Source: a virus. Taken from it: a DNA stretch of 64,000 nt. The DNA lies in the IMG/VR virus record IMGVR_UViG_3300035698_024626, positions 12,818 through 76,817 of that record; one strand, written 5' to 3'. How positions within the stretch are numbered: the stretch's first letter is position 1; the number at the start of each line of letters is the position of its first letter. A model generated the notes under the pieces. The model was not told the origin of the DNA. It did no database searches and worked only from the letters and a program-made list of their open reading frames with translations. Both the position numbers and the translations under genes were made by a program. Of this stretch, positions 20,514 to 30,336 are shown piece by piece.

Positions 20514-20542
20514 TTGACAATCGGCAACAGGGATCATATAAT
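20514..20542 (+). promoter_or_regulatory. Consensus sigma70 promoter P1
   Basis: TTGACA-17 bp-TATAAT, with an upstream A-tract. Confidence 0.9.
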
Positions 20543-20810
20543 ACATTGTAGAAACGAGGCTTTTATTATCGGAGGATAGAAAAATGACTATGATACTGGG
20601 AAGCGCTGTTATGGTTGTTATCGGGGTTGTTTGGTTTAGGCACATAGCCAAAGACTTATAGGACGACAATGATGAAGACTTTATTCGGACTAACAGGAAT
20701 GGGGTTGGTTATCGGAACCTTGACCGCGATGGGGTTATCAGACCTGTTCGGACGTATGTTATCGGCGATGAGCATCTAGAACCGAATAACAAAGAGAAAG
20801 GTAGGTTATT

Positions 20811-20936
20811 ATGAGACGCTTGCTATTGTTGGTATGCTTGGCTATAGGACCATGCTCTGTATGGGCCGATAACGAGGGAGTAGGGTTTATAAGCCCGATA
20901 GGAGGATATTATCAGGCGTGGAGAAGCAATGGGTAA
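20811..20936 (+). CDS. 41 aa peptide with signal-peptide-like N-terminus
   Basis: MRRLLLLVCLAIGPCSVWADNEG...; upstream AAGGTAGG; stop overlaps the next gene. Confidence 0.45.
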   Translation: MRRLLLLVCLAIGPCSVWADNEGVGFISPIGGYYQAWRSNG

Positions 20937-21141
20937 AGCACGACTTGAAATTCCTAATTATGGGACGGCAACTGGATTCTCGGACGTACTAGCTATGGGT
21001 TATGGGAGGTTACTTGCACTGACGTTATCGGACAATGAGGGATTCGTGGTTGTTACGTTATCGGACAGAAGCGAGAGAGTTATCGGACGTGACGCTCTGA
21101 CCGGCGAAATTACTATAGGACTTTTAATTAAGGAGCGATAA
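20929..21141 (+). CDS. Early hypothetical protein
   Basis: RBS GGAG; 70 aa; contains about six copies of the repeat motif. Confidence 0.6.
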   Translation: MGKARLEIPNYGTATGFSDVLAMGYGRLLALTLSDNEGFVVVTLSDRSERVIGRDALTGEITIGLLIKER

Positions 21142-21317
21142 TATGGGATCAATATCGGACATTGAAGCTAGACTGGAAAATTGGAAGATGCGATCATAAT
21201 GTTATCGGACGGAGTTGAAACACTGGATTCTCGAACCTCGTCCGATAGCGACAAAGAATGTGGACATTATATTCGGACGCCTAATATCGACGACTAGCCC
21301 GATAACCAAAAGGAAGT

Positions 21318-21342
21318 AGGTTCGATTTTATCGGACCTTTTC
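21318..21342 (+). terminator. Rho-independent terminator whose 3' arm is the repeat motif
   Basis: AGGTTCGAT-ttt-ATCGGACCT followed by TTTC. Confidence 0.75.
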
Positions 21343-21643
21343 CTTTGCCCCGGCGAAACATTATAGGACGTTCGGCGATTCGGGATGTTATCGGACCCTT
21401 CTCGGTCGGGCATTATCGGACTTGAAACCGTAAGGTTATAGGACTATGCTGGGGGAAAAATTATCGGACGAGGCTGCGTTTATCGGACCTGACGTATAAT
21501 AGCTTACCCTGTGTGTTGTAGGGCATGTTCTGATAATATCGCAACAGGTCCGTTTTACTTAATTATGCGGACCAGGACGTTACTTGCCGATAATAGCCGC
21601 GATTCTAGTCTAAAAACGCGGAAACTTTTTTCTCACATTTCAC

Positions 21644-21672
21644 TTGACGTTATACGATAACAAAGCTATAAT
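21644..21672 (+). promoter_or_regulatory. Sigma70 promoter P2
   Basis: TTGACG-17 bp-TATAAT, with an upstream T-tract. Confidence 0.85.
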
Positions 21673-21718
21673 AGAGTATAGAATCGAACGATGGATTATC
21701 AGACCTAGGAGAAACGCG

Positions 21719-22069
21719 ATGGGTAGGATTATGGGACGAACGGGAAGTCAAGTCTTATCGGACAGCGCCGCTCGTTATCGGCTGGCGCGTAGTCGGACGG
21801 TAAAATGCCAACATTATCGGCACGGTCCGAAAAACTGGGATTGTTGGGTAGTTGGGCCATTTCATAGTCGATATTATGGGACTACTGGTTTTGGGACCAC
21901 CCGAAGTAAGGCTAAAGTGGCACTTGAATACTTACTAGCCACAGAGTTCGGTTTTATCGGGCGACTAATGTTATCGGCAATCGATTCCGCCGATAACGTA
22001 GGAATCCGTTATGGGGCGTTAGATACTCCGATAACGATACAAGATTTATTGGGACGTGCCGGCGCGTAA
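21719..22069 (+). CDS. Early hypothetical protein (116 aa)
   Basis: Start reassigned to ATG 21719 after AGGAG; lies between P2 and a terminator. Confidence 0.65.
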   Translation: MGRIMGRTGSQVLSDSAARYRLARSRTVKCQHYRHGPKNWDCWVVGPFHSRYYGTTGFGTTRSKAKVALEYLLATEFGFIGRLMLSAIDSADNVGIRYGALDTPITIQDLLGRAGA

Positions 22070-22085
22070 TATAGGACTAAGAACC

Positions 22086-22110
22086 GGGTTCGATTTATCG
22101 GACCCTTTTC
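22086..22110 (+). terminator. Rho-independent terminator, paralogous to 21318-21342
   Basis: GGGTTCGAT-tt-ATCGGACCC-TTTTC; the outer A-T pair of the first copy is G-C here. Confidence 0.75.
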
Positions 22111-22759
22111 TTCGCGCCCATGACGATATTATCGGACCTGTGGGACGGCTGCATTATCGGACCTAAACCAGAGTAGATTTATCGGGCCTTTGAGCGGCAA
22201 GTTTTTATAGGACGTGACGTATAATCATTTGGCCTGTGTGCTCGTATCCACGTTTTTATAAGCCACGACCGAGAAAATCGATCACCCTCACAGCCTTGAA
22301 TCGGAACTATTATAGGACCGGCGGAGAAATATTATCGGACTACAGCCAGTTTTAGTTATCGGACGGAGCTGCCATTATCGGACGTGGCTAAGAATCGTTT
22401 ACTTCGTGTGATAATAACCCTCCATTTGACCAATTAAACGCCTCTTTTGTGTTATAGGGCGCATTTCTTATAGGATGTGGCCAATAAAATCGATTTTTTG
22501 CCGGTTATAGGACCAAAACGGGCGATATAGGACTAGCATAACCAGTCTTATCGGTCGGTCCGGATAAAGGGTCCGAGAAAATAGCCCATTCTAGCCTAAA
22601 AAACGTGTATAGTTATGGGAATACGCGATTGTGGCGCGTGAACAGCGTTATTATAGGAGCCTAAAAAGGGACGTGTTTCCTATAGGACCAGGACGTAGTT
22701 TGCCGATAATATCCCGCCTGGCGCTGTCAAAAACGGCGATTTTTCTTTTGTATAACAAT

Positions 22760-22788
22760 TTGACCCTCCCGTATAACTATGGTATGAT
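22760..22788 (+). promoter_or_regulatory. Sigma70 promoter P3 (extended -10)
   Basis: TTGACC-17 bp-TATGAT with TGn extension. Confidence 0.75.
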
Positions 22789-23007
22789 CTTATGATAAGA
22801 GAAACTGAGGTTCGATAATAAAAGGCGTTTTCGCGCCCGATTTATCGGACACCCGCCCCACGGGTGTTATGGGACGCAACCGTTCTGGTTATCGGTCCCA
22901 CCTTAGTCCGAAAAAAAACTTAGTCTGATAACGCGATCTACTCGTCCTATAATCTGGGGCGGCGTAGTCACGGGTTATAGGACGGGGTTCAGTTATGGGA
23001 GTCTACC

Positions 23008-23331
23008 ATGAGTGAAACCGATACCATGACCAGTCAGGCAACCGTTGTAGAGTTTGGTGCTGACGATCTGATTCGAGTCGCTAAGGCTTACGCTGAAGCC
23101 AAGCGTATTGTCGATGCCAGTAGTCGGTACGACAATCTCGAAGATGCTGTCGCTGCGCTTACCGAAGCGTGGGAACAGTTGGAGAGTCAGGCCAATAACG
23201 GCGGAAGGTACACTCCGGCTAAGGAGTTGGGGTTTGGGTCTGATAACGCGGCGACCATCGCTGATGCGTTATTGGGACGTAAGCCGACCGTCGGCGCTAC
23301 TCGCAAGGCGTTTGCCGCATTGGGCAAGTAG
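23008..23331 (+). CDS. Early hypothetical protein (107 aa, Ala-rich, helical)
   Basis: RBS GGGAG; downstream of P3. Confidence 0.7.
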   Translation: MSETDTMTSQATVVEFGADDLIRVAKAYAEAKRIVDASSRYDNLEDAVAALTEAWEQLESQANNGGRYTPAKELGFGSDNAATIADALLGRKPTVGATRKAFAALGK

Positions 23332-23334
23332 TCC

Positions 23335-24690
23335 GCGTGTCTCTCGTACCGCGCTTTGGGTATAGTCACCGCTCCGAGCGCGGACCGACAGACATGTTAT
23401 AGGACCGTCCGGTAACGACGGACGTTATATGGCGCGCTAGACCGATAAGTCGCGCTGGTTCGATCTGTCAGTCGGGCACGAAGTCCGATAAGTGCGGGGG
23501 GGCGATTCGTTATCGCTAGAACCGTCAGTCGCGCAAAGCGTGCGGATTTAGTCAACGGATTATCGGTCTTAGGGTCTATAGTCTGTATCCGTCCGTGAGC
23601 ACGTCTAAGCCGCTCATTCCGGGAGGTCGATATAGGCAGAGAGTCCGCGCCTAAGTCGGTGGAAACCGTCTTCGCGAATCATCTGGGGTAGCGCCTAGTG
23701 TGACGGATGTTAGTAGCGTAGTCCGAGCAAGTAACCGATGGTAAAGCGTGCTTTTTTTGACTCCGAAAATCGTCTAAGTAGGCTATTGGTCTGCCCTTCG
23801 CGGGTGGGGGTCGTAGTCAACATTCGTTTTTCCCTATATCGCAAATCGCCGTAGGGATAGGTCGTCAGGCGCGCCGCACGTCAATTTCGTCACAACGATT
23901 TCACTGAACAATCTACAATCGCTCGACGCCAAATAGCTATGCGGCAAGGGCCGTTGGTTTAGTGGATAGTGTCGGAACTTCTGTTGTTCGTCTGATGCGA
24001 CTGGTGTTTACCTGTAGCAAGGTACGTTCTGGTCGGGACGCTGAACGACTACGGCGCAACGGCGAGCGTAAAATCAGGTCAAAAACCGACTGTCCGGTCT
24101 GGTGGCACGCTCCGAAACACTCCGTTGTAAATCAAGACTTCATAGAAACCATCCACGGCGTGCGACTGGCAGTATCAGTCAGGCTGTGGGTGTAAGTCAT
24201 ATAAACTGTGTGCGCACCGAAAGGTGTGGGAGCAATTGGGTGGCCCGGCTAATAACTGGGGCGCTCAGTTGTCGATTAGGATCGGTGGGGATTCTAGTCA
24301 ACTTTTCTGTAGGATGTACGACGATGAAAGCGGTCATACGGCCGCGAATAATCCCGCATCCGAAAGCTATGTTGTCGATACTGGTGAGACGGGTAGCCCC
24401 GCCGTAGCGCCGGGTTCAAGTCCCGGAAAGTCCAAGCCAGTTGCCAAGTATGGGGAAGTTCCCCAAGCGTTATCGACAGCATAGCCAGGCGCGCCTAGTG
24501 CTGATAAAGTCACAAAATTGGGTTTGGCCGACTGGGGAGTCGCAGACCTCTTAGGATGTGCTGGGCGCGTTTGGGTATGCTGTTAAGTATTAGGAGTGGT
24601 ACCGAAGTTTCCCTAGTTTTTGAACGTAAGTTCATAATCGAGCGCGGGGTTAGCGTCACAATTATCCTTCATATCTGTAGTTACAAACTT
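23335..24690 (+). ncRNA. Candidate large structured non-coding RNA (family unknown)
   Basis: No credible ORF; GC-rich; helix 24475-24498/24561-24584 with G-U pairs on the + strand; GNRA hairpins at 23657-23668 and 24214-24227; T-arm at 24410-24426. Confidence 0.6.
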
Positions 24691-25571
24691 TAGTTTTCAC
24701 TCTTTCTTGTACCCCCTAGTTATCACACTACAAAAACTACACCCCTACAAAAACACACTTTAGGGGGTCACCAGAACACTTTCGGGGCGTTTTAATTAGT
24801 CTAGTCTTAGCGTGCATCTGTCCCAGGCGCGCCAAGAGAGAACTGTTCTGTAGCCTTTTTGGTGGTTGGTGCTCTTTTGCTTGTAGGTGGGGTATGGGGT
24901 AGATTGGATAAAGGGGGTTTACAGAGTCGTGAGAGCGGCTTCTGGCACTGCAAACAGACAATCGTCACCAAGTCCGTTTACCCCGTATATGTGGGATCGT
25001 CAACCACTCCGTGGGAATCTAAACCACTTTGTGGGAGTGAAGTACGATAGGGAAAAACACATAGTATCGTCGGATTCCGGTAGTATTATCTGTCGGGCAA
25101 CAATACGTATTTCAGGGTACAAAAAATGCGACAAGAAGAGTACGAATATCACCTTGCTCTAAGATGGCACCAACTCAAATGGGCGGGTTGGGATATAGCC
25201 AAGTGGATTAGAGCGGGATGGTGTCCTCAACACGGAATAAGGTTTTCTCGCAAATGTCCCGTTTGCACAGAAATGAAAGACCGAACGGAAACCGAACAAA
25301 GGATGAATGTAAAATGAAACTTCGTAACATCTCTTTCTATAAGAATCCCCTCGATCTTGATATCCGACCGCACTTACCGGCAACCAGTCCAATCCTCTAT
25401 TACATTATTAATAGGAACATTATAGTAGGACATTTTCACAAAAAACACAAAAAACACGAATGGTATCTCTCGCTAGAACCCAATGTAAGTATCTCCCCCA
25501 GTCTCGTAGTTAGCCTTTACGAACGACTCATATCTTCCTTGTCTTGCTATAAGTTACCATAATCCCGCCTG

Positions 25572-25906
25572 ACAGCGTGGCAAAATGCCCCTGGCGCACA
25601 ATTGCCCAAGACCGAAATGGTCAAGGCTTGTGTTGATCCGGGGGTGTCTTGTTGCGCTGTTGTGTATAATCCACAGAAGGAGGTGAAAACAATGGGAAAG
25701 AAACTATGGTTGTGTGCGTGTATACTAGCGCTGGCATCCTGCGGTTGTGTAGAGAAAAACGATTCGTGCCCCTACACAGAATTCTTTAGTAATCTACCCG
25801 GTTTAATTATCAGTGATTAACAGCATGATAAAATACCCCTGACTCGTAGTTACCCAAGACCGAAACGGTCAAGGCGACGGTAGTCGGGGGTATCTTGTTG
25901 CGCTGT
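25572..25906 (+). repeat. Two copies (25572-25660, 25820-25906) of an ~88 nt long-hairpin element
   Basis: Shared ACAGC..AAAAT(G/A)CCCCTG...CCCAAGACCGAAA(T/C)GGTCAAGGC...GGGGT(G/A)TCTTGTTGCGCTGT. Confidence 0.8.
25692..25820 (+). CDS. Small lipoprotein-like peptide
   Basis: RBS AAGGAGG; MGKKLWLCACILALASCGC lipobox-like. Confidence 0.6.
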   Translation: MGKKLWLCACILALASCGCVEKNDSCPYTEFFSNLPGLIISD

Positions 25907-26182
25907 CTAGGGAGAAAACTGATGATCGAAGCTGTAAAAATATTGCGAGCCCTCATCGCTGAATCGCCGAAGAAAGAGATAGGCTCCCCCCCCTTGGTGC
26001 ATTGAGGCGAAGCATGGGTAATAATTACCTGATTAATTGTATAGGGTTAATCATCAAGGATTGCGTTAAAAAGTGGCCCGATACAGCTGAGTTTCTGGAA
26101 GAGATAATACGTCAAGCGAAAAAGTAGGAGATTTCGTCCCGAAGGCTGCAATCTAGTCCACGCATCCTAGCCAGTTTGACGT

Positions 26183-28116
26183 ATGTCAAATCAAAAGGAA
26201 GTCAAAATGAAAATCAACAACATAGGGACAGTCTCTACAGATAGTAACCCCGGCGTCGAAACACGGTTCCCTGTCGGAACAAGAGTGATAGTGCCAAATT
26301 GGCCAACAGGCGGAAAAGTAATGGGGCATCACGAAGGTTCTGTGATAGTAGAAGTGTTGCCGATATCATACTGTCCATCACAACTCCAACTCGATTATGG
26401 ACAGTAGTCTACACTCTTTTTTGTAGGGAACGAATTCCAATGATTGATAGATAAAAAATCGTAGTTTTGTGGGATTGGTGGGGACAGAAATTTGATGGGT
26501 CCACCGGAGATGCAAAATCAGCACGGAAGAAAGTCGGCAGCATGAGCGAAGCTTACGATTTAGTGCACAAAATAAAACTCCGCTATGCAGACCGGCCCAC
26601 TTTGGCGTCGGGCAATCTTCTGGCCGTGAAGATAGTGGTCACTCATATCATGTACCCCGCCGAGTAAACTTGTACTCTAAAAGAAGTAAGCCATCGTTTT
26701 AGTCTTTACTCTTTCTTGTAGGGAAAACCATGGAAATCAAATGTACCAACAGCGAACTGGCCACAAAACGTTTTGACGAACTATTAATCGGCGATGCATT
26801 TCGGTTGCCGTTCGGACACAATCCTATGATTAAAACCGAAAAATGCCAACAAGTTGTCCCAGATGGCGCACCCATATTAAGGAATGTCTTCAACCTCGGA
26901 AACGGCGGATTTACACGGCTTAGTGACTTGGAACGTAAGTTCATAAAGGAGGACCAACGTGCATTATTGTCAAGTGTGTACTGATAAATCGTTTGCACGA
27001 CAAGGAAGGTGGGGATAAACATAAAAGAAATCCAGCTACCGTGCTATGGAATCTGTGTGACCATCGTTGATGGGAGTGGGAATATCACCCATAGCGGACT
27101 AGAAGAAACATGTCCATATTGCGAAGATACGGATTGCTGTTACAGTTGTGACCTATCGGAGGCAGTATGGGATTGGGACGTTCCCGATCGCCTAAAGTTC
27201 AACGGAGCAATTACTGGCATCATGTCTATGATCCTTGCCCACGCCTGTGCTGGAGTGGATATTGAATCACCGGAATACATTGAAGGTATCGAAACCGCCA
27301 TCCAGACTAGCAACGACAATCTCTAACAGGTTCATTAGAAGTCGTCTAGACAAGGAAAGTGGGAGTAAAAACATATGGGACAGGCTGTGGTTGACGGTAA
27401 ATTAGAGCCTGGAACATATTACATCCGAATTATTTGGTAATCGACGGAACACGTATTTCAGGGTACAAAAATCGCCTGCAACAACAAGTGGAGGTAAGGA
27501 CGATGACCGCTGAAGACTTGGGCACAGCCACTAGGCGACGGGCTATTCTGGATTTGCTGTGGAACTCTCTATCAGCCGACCCAGAGAACAAAGACCGCGT
27601 GCGTACCGGATGGGGCACCAAAAGACAAGAGGGACTCGTGGCGTGCATCGAAAACATCATGGGTGACAAATTTGTTTTCGTGCTCGAAGATACCATGTTC
27701 ATTTTTGTCAGCATCCACCACACCCTAGCAGGAGCAATCGCTGCTTTTATCAGACACAATCGTGTAAAAGATGAGCACAATATTATTGTGGACAAAGTGG
27801 ATGATGGTTGGTTCATATATTCACGCAAAGAGCCTGGAATCAAGTGGTCAATATATAAAGAAGAGATACAAGAATGAAATTTGAAGTTTCAGATATTTTT
27901 GCTTAACAAACTAACAGAAAGGACAGAAACATGACTCTTGCTCAAGTTTTCATTATCGGAATGGGTGCTGGTGGACTTTTCATCCTAGTCCGCGACATAT
28001 CGCTTTGCCTAAGTACTAACGCGAAAGGGCAAGTTTTTGGGATTGCGAGGTATATATCCGGGGCTGTAATAGGAGGAATAACGGGCGTAGCCGTTAACCT
28101 TCTTTGGCATCTATAG
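26183..28116 (+). other. Cluster of small early hypothetical genes (26207-26407, 26730-26984, 27009-27326, 27503-27877, 27931-28116)
   Basis: Co-oriented short ORFs, most with an RBS; the last is a two-TM membrane protein. Confidence 0.55.
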
Positions 28117-28159
28117 TCTTAGCAATGAGAATTGACGCTCGATTCAAATAGGAGACTGC

Positions 28160-29766
28160 CCATGATTGACGACGGAGGACCGGCGTTTCCGGTGACAGGA
28201 ACTTGTGGTTACGATCCAGAATATGAACGTAAAATGTCGAGCCGAGCAAAAGAATTGCCTGAACTAACAGGCTTGGAACGGTTAGGGCTCTTAGGGGTTG
28301 TCCACGGGTAAGTACCCGTAGAAACGGCGATGGCCAATCTCCGGTGCTCTCGGCAGGATGTAGAGGCGTATGTTTGGCGCGAGAAACTACGTGCAGCGGC
28401 AGACCGAGAGAGTTATGGCGGGATCACGGCATGATCCTCTGCGCCATGGCCATCGTCATCGAACTGGTTGAATATCGGTACGCACAACGCGGTATCCCCG
28501 CAGCGCTTGTACGATACCCAACTTGGCGAGATGCCCTCGCCGAATGGGAGCGGTTGACGGAGAAAAGCGATGGAAATTGACGGGCAAACGATCACGCAGA
28601 TACGTGATGAACTGCGTAAAGTAAGGCGCGAACGCGACACGCTGGCGGGCCAGCTAGAAGCAGTAGAAGCGGAACGTGACGCTTTAGGGTTGGACCTGGA
28701 AAGGGCGGAAACTGAACTCAAAGGTGTCCAGGCAGATGCCACAGCTCGGCGAAGGTCCCTTGCCGAATGAGAGCGACTGACGGAGCAAAAGTAATGAGCG
28801 CTAAACTTATTGCCACGTTTAAGCACATGAGCATTACACGGTATGGTCGAATCGGCGTAGAGGAAAGCTATACGATCCGTTCGCAGATTCTCCTCGGCCA
28901 TATACGGTTTTACAGCCCGTGGGGACAATGGTGTTTCTTTCCCTTTGCAGATACGGTCTGGAGCGAGGACTGTCTTGCGGACGTGCGGAAGTTCATGTTG
29001 GGATTGAAAACATGATGGGAGCGAAAAAACCTAAGAGCGTAGCCGCTCTGCTGGACAACTTGAAGGCGGAGTATGCGGTCGTCGAACGGGGTTGGAAGAC
29101 GCGGGTGGCGCTGGTCACAGTGGAGAACCAATGGCGACAGTTAGAGATGGAGTGCTTCGAGGCCAGAATACGCTGCGAAACAGCGGAGCGCGAATATGAG
29201 AAAGCCAAAGTCGCTGTCGTGGGTGCGCGGGGCCGTCTGCGCAAACAGACTGCAAGGGTCGCGAAAGCTGGGAGGGCGGTTACTGATCTTCCCGCTCCCG
29301 AAACCGAAGCGATTGCCACCCAGATCGCCGAATGGGAGCGGTTGATGAATACAGTGGAGAACGGGACTGGTTAAAACAGGAGACAGAATGATGACAGTAA
29401 AAGAATGCATGATCAGATATTCCGCAGGCGCGCGATTGGTATTAGAAGCGGCCATACGGAAAGTTGCCCTCAAATGGATCAATGCGAACTGTCCGGATGC
29501 TTGGTTCCGGGCAGCGTTCGCGAGGGAGACCCCCGATGCCTAAGCAGACGGCGGAGAACGTGGTAAAGGCTCTAGAGGCGGCCTTTGGTTGGTTGCTTCC
29601 TTCGCTAACCTGGAACGACCAAGGCCGAACGGCCGGGAACGTTCTATGGACGAAGATAGGCAACGTCAAGTCTGTAACAATTTTGAGATCAACGCCAACG
29701 GTGGCGGGCTTACGGATAAAGTTGTCCGACGACTCCGAATTCGTGATCACCATTGCCAAGGGATAA
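28160..29766 (+). other. GC-richer block of overlapping small genes (incl. 28570-28770 coiled coil, 28767-29015, 29012-29374, 29536-29766)
   Basis: ATGA overlaps and visibly higher GC than the flanks. Confidence 0.5.
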
Positions 29767-30078
29767 CACTATGTCAAATGTATTTAAGGTAAAGTTTGAA
29801 TCAGCTTTCCCGGCCACCGGCAGATTGCAAACAGAAATAATCGCATGGCTAAGCGACAGTATGGTGGTGAAAGTTGATGGCGAAGATTCACAAGTAGCCG
29901 TCGATATGGTGCGGGCTTATGTTTTGTCCAAGGTAAATAAAGCATGTTCCGCTGATGCTCCGATAAATACAGTCAAAGGGTTTCATCTCAGAGGTGTGGA
30001 GTTTATAACTCAGATAGACTTAGAGTAATAAGAGTTCTTGTGCTAAAATCGTTCACACTCTTTCTTGTAGGGGAAAAC

Positions 30079-30336
30079 ATGAAAACTAACAAGGTGAATA
30101 AGAAACTTGATGTAACTTTTGACGAACTATCGATCTCGGCAGCATTTCGGTTACTGTATGGGGATGTCCCCATGATCAAAACCAAAGAACTACAAATGTT
30201 AGTCCCCGATTCGAACTGTATAAAGGAGCAGGATCACTGCACCAAAAATGCCTTCAACCCCGAAACCGGTGAACACGCTTGGATTTTAGGAGCCCAGTTG
30301 GTGGTCCCCCTTCCAAATGCAGAATTCCGGTATTGA
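30079..30336 (+). CDS. Hypothetical protein, paralogue of 26730..26984
   Basis: FDELSISAAFRLLYGDVPMIKTKELQMLVPD vs FDELLIGDAFRLPFGHNPMIKTEKCQQVVPD. Confidence 0.7.
   Translation: MKTNKVNKKLDVTFDELSISAAFRLLYGDVPMIKTKELQMLVPDSNCIKEQDHCTKNAFNPETGEHAWILGAQLVVPLPNAEFRY

Larger units (their letters stand above)
20305..23570. repeat. Dense dispersed array of the 9-mer TTAT(C/A/G)GGAC
   Basis: About 37 exact and about 70 near copies counted by eye (e.g. 20371, 20399, 20426, 20451, 20481, 21361, 22332), mostly on the + strand; not noticed elsewhere in the window. Confidence 0.95.

Noticed and set aside
20305-23570. CRISPR array or DnaA-box origin
   Set aside because: The repeat is only 9 bp, irregularly spaced, partly inverted and inside genes, and there are no cas genes. 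The consensus differs from TTATCCACA in its 3' half.
24381-24440. tRNA or tmRNA gene
   Set aside because: A perfect T-arm is present, but no matching acceptor 5' strand, D-arm or anticodon arm at tRNA spacing, and no tmRNA-like GGGG 5' end. Kept as part of the ncRNA candidate.
23962-24484. ORF-track ORFs of 62-101 aa in the GC-rich region
   Set aside because: Non-ATG starts, no RBS, mutually overlapping and no protein-like motifs; expected by chance in GC-rich sequence.
24425-24530. RNase P RNA (GGAAAGTCC ... ACAAAA resemble CR-I and CR-V)
   Set aside because: The two words are only about 85 nt apart, P4 cannot form with the canonical bulged U, and a stronger alternative helix covers the interval. 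An Rfam scan would settle it.
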